36,125 nucleotides of DNA from a virus (lineage: Duplodnaviria; Caudoviricetes): the IMG/VR virus record IMGVR_UViG_3300032327_000455, positions 1 through 36,125 of that record. One strand, 5' to 3'. Positions 6,710-17,300 of the stretch are shown piece by piece. Position 1 is the first letter of the stretch. Each line of letters begins with the position of its first letter. The notes beneath the pieces are model-generated. The model was not told the DNA's origin. It searched no databases and saw only the letters and a list, made by a program, of their open reading frames with translations. The translations under genes were made by a program, and so were the position numbers.

Positions 6710-8638
6710 ATGAGAAAAACACATTGGGTGATGGACTATGAAACTATTGTAAATTGTTTTGTAGGTGTATTTATAGATTATAAAGACAGTAATGTAAAGC
6801 ACTTGTTCGTTGTTCACGAACAGAGAAATGACATCTCTAAGCTTGTCACATTTCTTCAAAGATGTGTGACACAAAAAGAATGGCACATCTCTTATAACGG
6901 ACTAGCATTTGATGCTCAAATATCTCAATACATTCTAGATAATGCTAAGAAATTAGAAAAGATGTCTACAGAGAATGTTATAAAAAACATATTTAATTTT
7001 GCACAAGAAACTATTAAGAAAACGGATAGTGGCGGCTTTGCTACTTATTCTCCTTCTAGGCTTAAAATCAGGCAGATTGACTTATTCAAGCTCAATCATT
7101 GGGATAACAAAGCAAAGATGAGTTCACTTAAGTGGATACAGTATTCTATGGATTGGCAAAACGTAGAAGAGATGCCATACCACTATCTTCAACCGGTCAC
7201 AGACAGTGACACCTTAAAAGCTGTTATTGATTATTGTGTTAATGACGTACTTTCCACTAAGGAGATTCTCAAACATTCTAAAGAGCAAATACAGCTTAGG
7301 AAAACTCTCACCGATGAATATGGTATTGATTTGTACAGTGCATCTGAGCCACGTATATCTAAAGAGCTATTTTTACATTTCTTAAAAGAGAAATTAGGAA
7401 TGGAAAAGTCTGAGATTAAACAGCTTAGAACACCAAGGGATTATATTGTATTGGCTGATTGTATACTTCCATCTATAAAATTTCAAACTCAAGATTTTCA
7501 AGACATACTTACCTATTTTAGAACAAAGGTTATCACCTCCACTAAAGATAAGTTTAAGTATACAATGAACTATAAAGGAGTGAAGACTGACTATGGACTA
7601 GGTGGTTTACATGGTGCTGCTGATATGGGAGTTTATAAAGCTAAACCAGGATGGACAATTATGACTTCAGATGTTGTAAGTTTCTATCCCAATCTAGCTA
7701 TTAAAAATAAATTTCATCCAGCCCATCTACCGGAGAAAGAATTCTGTGAATTGTATGAGTGGATATTTGAAGAAAGAAAGAAGATTCCAAAATCTGATCC
7801 CAAGAACTATGTGTATAAGATTATTCTAAATAGTACATACGGTTTGACAGGTGATGAAAATAGTTTCTTATTTGATCCTAAGATGACCATGGATATTACC
7901 ATCAACGGTCAGCTACAACTATCTATGTTATATGAGATGTTATGTCTTGCTATCCCGGAAGTACAGCCTCTAATGCAAAATACAGATGGCTTAGAGATGA
8001 TGATTCCTGAAGACAAAAAAGACGTCTATCTTAAAGTGTGTGGTGAATGGGAATATCTTACACAATTAGCTCTTGAGCATGATGAATATTCTAAGATGAT
8101 AATTGGTGATGTAAATAATTATATTGCTGTTTATAAGAATGGAAAAACAAAATGCAAAGGTAGATTTGAGTGGGAAGATCTTGAGAAAAAGAAAGTGGCT
8201 ATGTTCCATAAGAACAAGTCTTTCTTAATTATTCCTAAAGCTATATATGCATATCTTGTACATGGGGTGAAGCCCGAAGAGTTTCTTGAACAGAACCAAA
8301 ACATTCTAGATTATTGTGGTGGTGTAAAAGCTAAAGGAGCTTGGCACTTTGTAGAAAGAAATATAATAGATGGGCAGCTTGTCAATAAAAAACTTCAAAA
8401 GATTATTAGGTATTATGTATCCAACAACGGTTGCAAGCTTGTAAAATGTCATACTGATGGTAGAGAAATACAAGTGGAGGCTGGTGAATGGATGCAGACT
8501 ACCATGAATCAGATGGTGAATAAACCGTTTGAGGAATATGACATTGACATCAAGTATTATATTGATGCTATCTATAGAGAAATAAACCAAATAGAAAAAG
8601 TTAAGAGTAGAGTAGTTACACAATTATCATTATTTTAA
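6710..8638 (+). CDS. polB: DNA polymerase family B with 3'-5' exonuclease
   Basis: ExoI MDYET, ExoII SYNGLAFD, ExoIII YCVNDV. Polymerase motif A SDVVSFYPN, motif B KIILNSTYG, motif C NTDG. Confidence 0.92.
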   Translation: MRKTHWVMDYETIVNCFVGVFIDYKDSNVKHLFVVHEQRNDISKLVTFLQRCVTQKEWHISYNGLAFDAQISQYILDNAKKLEKMSTENVIKNIFNFAQETIKKTDSGGFATYSPSRLKIRQIDLFKLNHWDNKAKMSSLKWIQYSMDWQNVEEMPYHYLQPVTDSDTLKAVIDYCVNDVLSTKEILKHSKEQIQLRKTLTDEYGIDLYSASEPRISKELFLHFLKEKLGMEKSEIKQLRTPRDYIVLADCILPSIKFQTQDFQDILTYFRTKVITSTKDKFKYTMNYKGVKTDYGLGGLHGAADMGVYKAKPGWTIMTSDVVSFYPNLAIKNKFHPAHLPEKEFCELYEWIFEERKKIPKSDPKNYVYKIILNSTYGLTGDENSFLFDPKMTMDITINGQLQLSMLYEMLCLAIPEVQPLMQNTDGLEMMIPEDKKDVYLKVCGEWEYLTQLALEHDEYSKMIIGDVNNYIAVYKNGKTKCKGRFEWEDLEKKKVAMFHKNKSFLIIPKAIYAYLVHGVKPEEFLEQNQNILDYCGGVKAKGAWHFVERNIIDGQLVNKKLQKIIRYYVSNNGCKLVKCHTDGREIQVEAGEWMQTTMNQMVNKPFEEYDIDIKYYIDAIYREINQIEKVKSRVVTQLSLF

Positions 8639-8649
8639 ATACACAAATT

Positions 8650-9300
8650 ATGGCAATAATAGGAATTAATGGATACAGTGGTTCCGGTAAGGACACTGTA
8701 GGAGCAATAATACAATACATATTTGCTCATCATGAAGAACCTCTTGCACTTCCTGTAGAAGACATGGTTGTTGATATGGAAGAACACGGGTGGTTCTTAG
8801 AAGAGCAGTCTGGATGGGAAATTATGAAGTTTGCAGGAAAGCTTAAAGACATAGCTGAACATCTTACAGGTATCCATATAGATAAGTTTGAAGATCAAGA
8901 GTTTAAGAAAACTAATCTGGGCCCAGAGTGGTCCATGCATGGTATGCCAATGACTGTAAGAGAATTCTTGCAGAAATTAGGAACAGATGGTCTTAGAAAT
9001 GGACTACATGATAATGTATGGGTGAATGCTCTTATGGCTGATTATCAACAAGATGAAGATGGTGACTTTCCAAACTGGATAGTTACAGATACTAGATTTG
9101 TTAATGAAGCTAAAGCTATTAAAGATAGAGGTGGTATAATCATCCGTGTAGAAAGACCTGGAGTAAAACCAATTAACAATCATCTTTCTGAAATAGGACT
9201 AGATGATTGGAATTTTGATTATAAAATAGCCAATGCATCAGATATCTTTGCACTAGCTGAGACAGTAAGAAGTATTTTAAATCACAGTAAATTATTATGA
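8650..9300 (+). CDS. Deoxynucleoside monophosphate kinase (T4 gp1-like)
   Basis: P-loop GYSGSGKDT, FAGKLK, REFLQKLGTDGLR, IVTDTRFVNE and HLSE motifs. Confidence 0.88.
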   Translation: MAIIGINGYSGSGKDTVGAIIQYIFAHHEEPLALPVEDMVVDMEEHGWFLEEQSGWEIMKFAGKLKDIAEHLTGIHIDKFEDQEFKKTNLGPEWSMHGMPMTVREFLQKLGTDGLRNGLHDNVWVNALMADYQQDEDGDFPNWIVTDTRFVNEAKAIKDRGGIIIRVERPGVKPINNHLSEIGLDDWNFDYKIANASDIFALAETVRSILNHSKLL

Positions 9301-9518
9301 GAATAGGAGACCTTTGTGCTAAGGATGAATATTTAAAGATATATGATCCTACTAAACAACAGATTATAAAAGAATGTGAGACTTATGTAGATGCTGAAAT
9401 ATATACAGGTATACAAGCTAGTATATTAAGAAATGCAGTTAAATATAAGACTAGAAGATTTTCTCCATTTTTGAATAAAGAAATAGCAATTAGAGTAGGG
9501 GTTAGAAAACAATTATAA
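9297..9518 (+). CDS. Small protein with NUMOD1/IENR1-like DNA-binding domain
   Basis: KIYDPTKQQIIKECETYVDAEIYTGIQASILRNAVK resembles the NUMOD1 beta-beta-HTH pattern. ATGA-coupled to the kinase gene. Confidence 0.5.
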   Translation: MRIGDLCAKDEYLKIYDPTKQQIIKECETYVDAEIYTGIQASILRNAVKYKTRRFSPFLNKEIAIRVGVRKQL

Positions 9519-9537
9519 ATTTAATAATAGAAATAAT

Positions 9538-9708
9538 ATGATAGGAGTACAATTTGAATTTTGTAGTGCATACAGATGCCTACTTGGTATATTTTTTCAG
9601 AAAGGAACTGAAAGAATAAATGATGAATTATTAGAATTTACAGAGGTATCTCTGGGATTAATATTCATTTATATTAGAATAGCTAAATATCAAAAGAAGG
9701 AGAATTAA
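9538..9708 (+). CDS. Small hypothetical protein (56 aa; absent from the supplied ORF track)
   Basis: ATG at 9538 to TAA at 9706-9708 (MIGVQFEFCSAYRCLLGIFFQKGTERINDELLEFTEVSLGLIFIYIRIAKYQKKEN). A-rich leader; fills the gap up to the terminator. Confidence 0.55.
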   Translation: MIGVQFEFCSAYRCLLGIFFQKGTERINDELLEFTEVSLGLIFIYIRIAKYQKKEN

Positions 9709-9722
9709 TCTCCTTCTTTTTT
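9692..9722. terminator. Bidirectional terminator between the convergent modules
   Basis: Perfect 12-bp inverted repeat AAAAGAAGGAGA-ATTAA-TCTCCTTCTTTT with A and T tracts at its ends, exactly at the +/- strand switch. Confidence 0.85.
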
Positions 9723-12700
9723 ATTTAATATAGAAACTACTCACTTGATCATAGGACTGCCATTTATTTAAAACATTTAAAGCTGGTATGACATCTTTCC
9801 ACTCTTTCCAAGCCTTCAGATCTCCTTTATAAACTCCCTTTGTATAGTAGTTTTTTTCATATGGAGGAAAAGGAAGACTCATAGTTTTTTGAACAGCTTC
9901 CCCAAAGTCTTTGAGAGTTGTTAATATAGCCACTGGGGATTTAGCCAACTGATACTGTTCTTTAGTACCAACTATTGGCATAAGAGTTACAAGTTCTTGC
10001 ATTTGTCTACTTTGTTGGAATGACATAAAGTTTAACCAACGTTTTAATGTTTTATCATCTTTATCTACACCATCAGCTAAAGCTTTAAATATACCATACA
10101 TTGCAAAGCTAGCTGCCAAGAATCCAAGCTCAGCTAAATTCTTATACATGTTTTTAACTTGTACAGCATCCATATTTTTCCAACCTGTTCTAAATTTTTC
10201 TAAGAATCCACCTTCAGCTTCTTTAATATATTTTAAGAAGTTATAAACTGTTACATATCTACCTTCAATAGTTCCTAAGTTTTCATCAACATATCTTTCT
10301 TTAAATCTAACTTTATAAGCAGGATATACCCATTTGTGAAACTGAGCAGCCAATTGACCAATCCAACCTTCTTGTATAACCATCCTATCTTCAGGAGCAT
10401 AGTTACCATGAATTTGTTTATTCACTTCAAGAATATAATTCGTTAATTGATATCTATCTTTATCTGATAACTCAAAACCATCTTGTAACTTTAGTTCTCC
10501 AGTGTTAGGATCAAAATTAAAAGCATCATATACACTTAAAGTCTCACCAGTTTTAGTATTTTTAATTTGCTTAGACATTAAGATAGCAACACCAGTTTTA
10601 CTCTGAACATTATATTCACCACCTTGCTGTATTGCATATCCCCAACCTATAGCCTTACCTATTGGAGAATCACCTTCCCCAGATTGATAGTGTTTTATCA
10701 TTCTGAATTTTTCAACCATAGCTTCATATTTACTATTAGGTTTTTTATCAGCATAATATTCACCATCTTTATTACCAAGTCCTTTAAATAATCCAGGAAG
10801 ATATTCTTTATTATAATCACCCACTGCTCTATTAGCTGCAGTTCTATCATAGTATAATGCACCGGCAGTTTCAATAGAGTTATTGATTCTACCCATTACG
10901 TAGTTATTTACATTACCAAAGATGTTAAAACCTACACCTTTTAGAGATGTAAGATTTTGTACACGTTTAGCAACCATTGCTACAGTACTTTTGTTAAACT
11001 CTTGGTTATTATAATACACCATCTTAAACCACTTACGAAGTCTTTTGGTTGCTAATACATCCTCACTTCTTTTTACAACAGGTGTACCTTCATCATCTTT
11101 ACTAATTTTAGAACCAGCTCTAATAAGTTTTTTACCAACACTATTTGTTTCATAATATTCTCTGTCTTCCATCACCTTAGCAATAGCCTGAAGATCAGAT
11201 TCTATTCCACTCATGATTTCATAGTTCTCAGCCATACTTGCAAAAGTCATTAAGTTTTGAACAAGATCACCTTCTATTTCTTCAGTGCTGATTTTGTTTT
11301 CTTCTATCTTAATTAATTCCTGTAACTTACTCTTTTGATCAGTGTATTCTTTTTTACTTAATTTACGATCAGAATACTTTTGCTTAACACCATTAAGTTC
11401 TTTTTTTAAGAATTCAACACGACCTTCATTTCTTAATTTACCAACATACATTATAGGAAGACCTTGTTCTATATGACCAAGTTCATCAACCAATCTTTGT
11501 TCAGAATAAACTTCAGATGTAAAAAAGTTTTTCATACTTTTTGCAACAGCTTTAGTCATACCTTCTCCACTTTTTTTAAGGTTTTCCATAAAGCTTGCTC
11601 TCACTCTACCCACTTTACCTCTCATTTGTGAAGCAACTTCTGGAGGAAGTTTTTCTAAAAGACCTTCGTATTCTTGAGTCCATTCTTTATAAAAATTAGA
11701 TTGAGCTTTTTCTAATTCAGTTTTTGGATTCATCAACTTGACATACTTAGGATCCCTCATGTCTAAACCATTTTCAGCAATATCTCTAATCTCAACGTGT
11801 TCATTTTTAACAAACCAATTCTTTTTAAGAGTGACTTTTCCTTTAAATGTACCATCGTTTTCAAAGTCTGGTCCCCAATACTCAGCTTCATTAAAATATT
11901 TTAATCTAAATTGTTCATACTCTTCGTGAGAAATGTCTTTTATTTTTTCCCATTTATAAAAAAGAGTACCATCTGGTTTAGGATATGAAACTAATTCTTG
12001 ATATTTAGATCTTATAGCTTTAAAATTATCAGAATATTTGTGAAACTTACCATCATCAGCTCCATCTGGCCCAATGATTTCAGCATTCATAAATTCTCTA
12101 TAATTTTTCTTGTCTCTAAATAAAGCCATGTTGTAATTTATATCATCATCATTTGCTTTAGCAGGATCAAGTATAGGGATGTATTGTTTATTTTCTCCGT
12201 TCTTTTCTTTTGTTTTATTCTTAAGAGCATAATACATTTCATAATATTGCTGCCCCACTCTACCAACATATCTACCTGTAAACTTACCTTCTTTATTCAT
12301 AACTTTCATAAAGTCATACATAGCAGCTACAGGTTTTGATAACCCAGCAGCTTTCAATAAAGCATTACCAATCTTCATAAGTCTATTACTAGTTGCTTCA
12401 GTGGCATCAGTAGCTTTATTAGTAGCTTCTTTATATATTTTATCAGCTATTGCTAAAAGAGTGTCAGTACTTGTTGCAAGATCACCTAAGTGATAATCTT
12501 CATATTTAATATCATAAACGTTTTTCATGATATCATCCAATTCTTTTTCTGTAAGATTTCTAGATGTTCTTTCTTTTATTGTATCTTTTACATACTCAGC
12601 AAGGTTTGTGTCAATAGCTTCTTTAGTATCATCTAAAAGATCCAACATTTCTAAAAACATCTGTTGTTGTTCTCTGCTACCAACTCCTTTTACATTTACA

Positions 12701-14289
12701 ATACCTCTATAAGATTCAATGTATTTATCCACTTCTAGAAGAAGTGAAATGTATCCAGGATCTTTGAAGTTATCTTTGTTTGTAATTTCTTTTAGATAAT
12801 CTTTAATCTCATTTGTGGCATGTCTTACAAAAGCTCCATAAGCAACACTGGGTCTGTCATTTTGTAATTCAACACCCATCATCACCACTAATTCATTTAT
12901 CTTATCTATCATGATATTTTTATCATAATAGGTTTTACCTTTTTTAATTTTATCTAAATATTTTCTACGTGTTTCAAATAAATCAATTACTTTTTTAGCA
13001 CCAGCATACATCCTGTCATACATGTCACCATATAGTTCTTGTTCAGGTTTGCTTTCTTCAGTATCTAAAAAGTCAGGATCATCAGCTGGATTATCCATCC
13101 CTAATTCTTTTTTAATTTCAGCTGTTCTATCCAATGTATCAATGTCTGTAGGAATAAGTTTATCTACATAATCTTTATTAATACTTAAATGATGTCTTAC
13201 TTCACCTTCCCATGTGATATCTTCCACTTTATCATTTTTATCAAGATCTACTTTTAAATGCACTGTATGAAGTTCACTCACTTCAAAACCTTTAAGTTCT
13301 ATAAGTTTTTTATAAGCACCCACTTGAATACCATGTTGTTGTCTAGTTGATAATCTTTCTCCTGGAAATACAGAACCATCTTTCACTGGATATTTTTCAT
13401 CATACTTTTCAGTTTTAACACTGTTCTTTGATGTTTTTAAATCCACAATTTTCATTTTACCCTGCGGGTTAATTACAAGAAGATCTAAAGAACCTGCTCT
13501 TTTAGAAAACTTATCACCAAAAGCAGCTTGAGTTACAACAATGGATCCATCTTTAGTAAGACTATCAACATACACTTGTAGAGCAGCAAAGATTGTTTTT
13601 AATACAGGCTTTTCTATATTAGAAATACCTTCAGAAGACTCAACAAAATTTTTACCAAGAATGATTCCTTGTAATAATTTATCTACACTGTTTCCTATTT
13701 CTCTGCTATTTGCAAATCTATCATTATCATCAAGCTTTCCTTTTATACCTGTTGTGATTGATGTATACACTTCACCATATTCATCATAATACACGTGCTC
13801 TTTTGGTTCAAGAAATACAGCATTCTCAGGTTTCTCAATTAGCTCTTGTACAATTCTTTGTTGTAAGGCATTACCTTTCTTTTTACTTTCATTTGTAAAA
13901 GCAGCACGCTCAGGATCTAACACTGAACCAATACTTGCTTTGTTGTATTGAGAATTGTCATTCAATACACTATTTTTAAATACAGCAAATATAGGTTCAC
14001 CGTTCTCATCAGCAAACCCTGTAAGTTGTTTTGTAATATTATTAAAAAAGGTTTGATACTCAGGACTATAAGCTATACTCCATAATCCAGCAGCTATCTC
14101 TTCAACAGAATCATCTAACAGAGTTCCATCAGCAAGACGATCTCTTAGATAAGCAATATTATCTATGAAAGATTTAGTTCCCTTAGCTTTAACCTCCTCA
14201 AGAATTTCTTTATAAAGCTTGGAAGGTTTTTCATTCACAGCTAAAATCTTAGTAATCTTACCATTTTCTCTAAATAATTGACAACCCAT
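9721..14289 (-). CDS. Large putative virion cargo/ejection protein with N-terminal PD-(D/E)XK nuclease domain
   Basis: 1522 aa, directly downstream of the RNAP gene. aa ~155-375 contain HVYYD..YTSIT, AGSLDLLVI (D269), IVDLKTS (D283/K285) and QVGAY. Helical C-terminal region with QIHGNY..EDR..QFHKW and a hydrophobic segment (LGFLAASFAMYGIFKALA). Confidence 0.7.
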   Translation of the reverse strand: MGCQLFRENGKITKILAVNEKPSKLYKEILEEVKAKGTKSFIDNIAYLRDRLADGTLLDDSVEEIAAGLWSIAYSPEYQTFFNNITKQLTGFADENGEPIFAVFKNSVLNDNSQYNKASIGSVLDPERAAFTNESKKKGNALQQRIVQELIEKPENAVFLEPKEHVYYDEYGEVYTSITTGIKGKLDDNDRFANSREIGNSVDKLLQGIILGKNFVESSEGISNIEKPVLKTIFAALQVYVDSLTKDGSIVVTQAAFGDKFSKRAGSLDLLVINPQGKMKIVDLKTSKNSVKTEKYDEKYPVKDGSVFPGERLSTRQQHGIQVGAYKKLIELKGFEVSELHTVHLKVDLDKNDKVEDITWEGEVRHHLSINKDYVDKLIPTDIDTLDRTAEIKKELGMDNPADDPDFLDTEESKPEQELYGDMYDRMYAGAKKVIDLFETRRKYLDKIKKGKTYYDKNIMIDKINELVVMMGVELQNDRPSVAYGAFVRHATNEIKDYLKEITNKDNFKDPGYISLLLEVDKYIESYRGIVNVKGVGSREQQQMFLEMLDLLDDTKEAIDTNLAEYVKDTIKERTSRNLTEKELDDIMKNVYDIKYEDYHLGDLATSTDTLLAIADKIYKEATNKATDATEATSNRLMKIGNALLKAAGLSKPVAAMYDFMKVMNKEGKFTGRYVGRVGQQYYEMYYALKNKTKEKNGENKQYIPILDPAKANDDDINYNMALFRDKKNYREFMNAEIIGPDGADDGKFHKYSDNFKAIRSKYQELVSYPKPDGTLFYKWEKIKDISHEEYEQFRLKYFNEAEYWGPDFENDGTFKGKVTLKKNWFVKNEHVEIRDIAENGLDMRDPKYVKLMNPKTELEKAQSNFYKEWTQEYEGLLEKLPPEVASQMRGKVGRVRASFMENLKKSGEGMTKAVAKSMKNFFTSEVYSEQRLVDELGHIEQGLPIMYVGKLRNEGRVEFLKKELNGVKQKYSDRKLSKKEYTDQKSKLQELIKIEENKISTEEIEGDLVQNLMTFASMAENYEIMSGIESDLQAIAKVMEDREYYETNSVGKKLIRAGSKISKDDEGTPVVKRSEDVLATKRLRKWFKMVYYNNQEFNKSTVAMVAKRVQNLTSLKGVGFNIFGNVNNYVMGRINNSIETAGALYYDRTAANRAVGDYNKEYLPGLFKGLGNKDGEYYADKKPNSKYEAMVEKFRMIKHYQSGEGDSPIGKAIGWGYAIQQGGEYNVQSKTGVAILMSKQIKNTKTGETLSVYDAFNFDPNTGELKLQDGFELSDKDRYQLTNYILEVNKQIHGNYAPEDRMVIQEGWIGQLAAQFHKWVYPAYKVRFKERYVDENLGTIEGRYVTVYNFLKYIKEAEGGFLEKFRTGWKNMDAVQVKNMYKNLAELGFLAASFAMYGIFKALADGVDKDDKTLKRWLNFMSFQQSRQMQELVTLMPIVGTKEQYQLAKSPVAILTTLKDFGEAVQKTMSLPFPPYEKNYYTKGVYKGDLKAWKEWKDVIPALNVLNKWQSYDQVSSFYIK

Positions 14290-14307
14290 TTTTATTTATT
14301 TTTTTAA

Positions 14308-17300
14308 TTATAAAACTCTTGATGGTCCCTCTCCACCACCTAATCCATTACATTCATCATTCAGAGGATTTTTTGGATCAATATCTTGAACACTCTTAAC
14401 ATTATTTCCAGCTATTGCATCTTTAATTGCTTGAATCCTTTCAGGAGTGAGTGAAGAAGAACTAGGTTGTTCTTTAACCCCCGATTGTCTCAAAGCTATT
14501 AATTTTTTAATAGCTTCAGGTGTCATTGGTGCAGAAGGATCAACAGCTTCTGTTATTTTCTCTGTCAAAGGTGTTTCTACTTTTGTTGGTTGATAAACTG
14601 ATATATTAGGAGAATTTGGTGTTAAACCTGTTTCTCTTAATAGATCAACTGGAGAAAGAATTTTAGCTTTTATATCAGCAGGTAGTAAATCATACAGCTC
14701 ACCTTTAAATTCAAATCCTTTTCCAGGTACAAAGGTAAAGGTAATTTTAAGTCTATTGTATATAACATCAGCTATTTTTTCTTCTCCAGGTACAATAGTT
14801 CTAACATTGCTGGTAGTGGTAGCAGAAGCTACTGGAGTTGTTTCAGCAGCTGGAGCAGTAGGAGCATCAGGGTCTGCAAACCATTTTTCTTTAGTATGGT
14901 ATACACCAAAGTCACCAGAATTATTTATAGGTCTTCTATATCTTGGAAGAGTAGCTGTTGCAGGAATCTCATCTATAACAGCAGCTCCTGCAAATGTTTT
15001 TGATGAACCTTTTCTTTCTATTAATTCATATCTTGCACCAATACCTGAAGCTACAGTTTCACCTTTTTGAATAAGTTTTTTAGGATCTAGTTCTATTGAC
15101 TTATCACCTTTTTTCAATCCTGGTTTTGTAATACCTCTAAGAATATAGTAATTATCTCCACCAAAAAATTCACCAGTTGGAACCTTTATAATGTAAGGAA
15201 AAGTAATTTGGTTATTTTTTGCACGTTTAAATCCTTTTGCATCAATATAAGCCATGTTCTTTTTAAATCTTTCTTTTTCATCAGCATTATATCCACCAGC
15301 TTTTTTAATACTTTTTCCTGCAAGAACATCTTCTCTTTCTGCATCTGTAAGAGAATCTAAATATTCAAAGTAGTCTTCATCATTCATCAATGTAACGCCT
15401 GCTTCTTCTTCCTCAGTGAGTACTTTTTGTTTTGATTCTCTAGCTCCTCTAAAGATATTAATTTTAATAGTTGCATTATCTTCAGAAACAATTACAGATT
15501 TAGGATTGTAACTATCAAACGCAGCATTACCTGTATTTGGAATGTTCGGTTCTTTATAAAGGTTGTCATATCTTTTTACATAATAACCATTAGCAACGTG
15601 AGTGGTATAATTAGCCATAAACTCATTAAACAATTCTAATGATGTAACACCAAAGATTTTTTTATATTCTTCATCTACTACATAAGCATTTGTAGCATTA
15701 GTGCTAATTTTCATTAGGTCATTAGCTCTACCAGTGCTTTCTAATAATTCATCAAACATAAAGTTTGGAATAAATCTTATGTAAGAACCACTTCTAAATC
15801 TACCACCATCTTTAACCAAGAGATAATTAAATAAAGTGTTAGCCATTTCTCTACCATTTCTACCATTACCAAAATCAAGTTCTGATTGATAAATTTCTAT
15901 AAAGGAATCTTTTAATTTTTCAACTTGATATTCATTGAGTTTAGCCCAAGTGTTACTTTCAATCTTATTAATACCATCTTTGTTCTTAGGATTAAGGGCT
16001 TTTTCTCCACCAGCATCCATAATACTAGTTGCTACAACGTTTAAATAGTTATTGACAAAATGATTATTAGGCATTCTATCTCTAATTAATCTCATAGTAT
16101 CTACAATATCTAAGAATTCATCACCTTTTTTCTCAGCTGCCTCATCATATATAAGAGCATTTGTCATTGAAGATAATGTTGCTGTTCTACCATTCTCAGC
16201 TAAATATTTTCTATAGGCTTTGATTGATAAATATGCAATAAGATCTTCATTGATGTTATCATTAAACTTTTGTTTAACACTATTCTTAATAAATAAGTTA
16301 TCTTTTGTTATCTCAACTATACGTTTGAATACAGCAGTTCTTTGTATGAACATTCCTTTACTCAATTCACCTAACTGATCAGCTATGTCAATGTATCCTT
16401 TAACAAAATTATGGTGAGGTTTGTTTTCATCATACCCCATCAACACTTGACGAAGATCAAATGCAGGAGGAGTGCCAGTGTTCTCTGATACAAATCTTTC
16501 AAAAAGTTGATCATTCTTTACTCTAAGTCCAAGACTTTCAATCTTTTCATTAATTTTATCATAGTCTTCAAAAGATGTACCTAATCCTTTTGTAAGTTTT
16601 AATATCTGAGCTACAGAAGCATAGTGTTGAGATTGATCTTGCAATCCCATAAACTCTTCTAATATTGAAGCTTGATAAATAGCACTAGCTCCATTATTCT
16701 TAATGTTCTCAAGCATCATTTCATCTGTAAGATCTTCTTTAACATAATCTTCACCAGCTTTTTCTATATACTCTTCTAATAATCCACTTGCAATCTGAGA
16801 TTTATATATTTCACTTTCAGCTGCTGTTTTGATATTATTAGAAGCCACCTTACTTAATTCAAAGTATTCTCTGATAACCGGTTGCAATATAAATGTAATG
16901 GCAGATTTTAAAGGAATCCCCTGAGCCACCATGTTAGAAACATAACCAACAGCTTCTATATTAAGACCAAGTCTAGCAGCCAAACGTTCTTTAGCATTAT
17001 CCGTCATAGCTGATACAATCGTAGAGATGGTATTGAATATACGGAAGTCGGAATCATATTTTCCTGTTTCAAAATTAAAACTTCTAGTTTGTCCATACCC
17101 ATCAAAGGTATGACCATTAAGTTTAAACTTATACATAGGTATATCTACACCTAAAGCAGTGTCAAAATAAGTATCTCTTAATTGTACATTGAAATTATTC
17201 AGAATACTATAAACCAACATTGAGTTTACAGCTGGTCCAATATTTCTTGAACCTTCTTTATTATTTTTAAATGCTACATATTTACCAAACATTGAATCTA

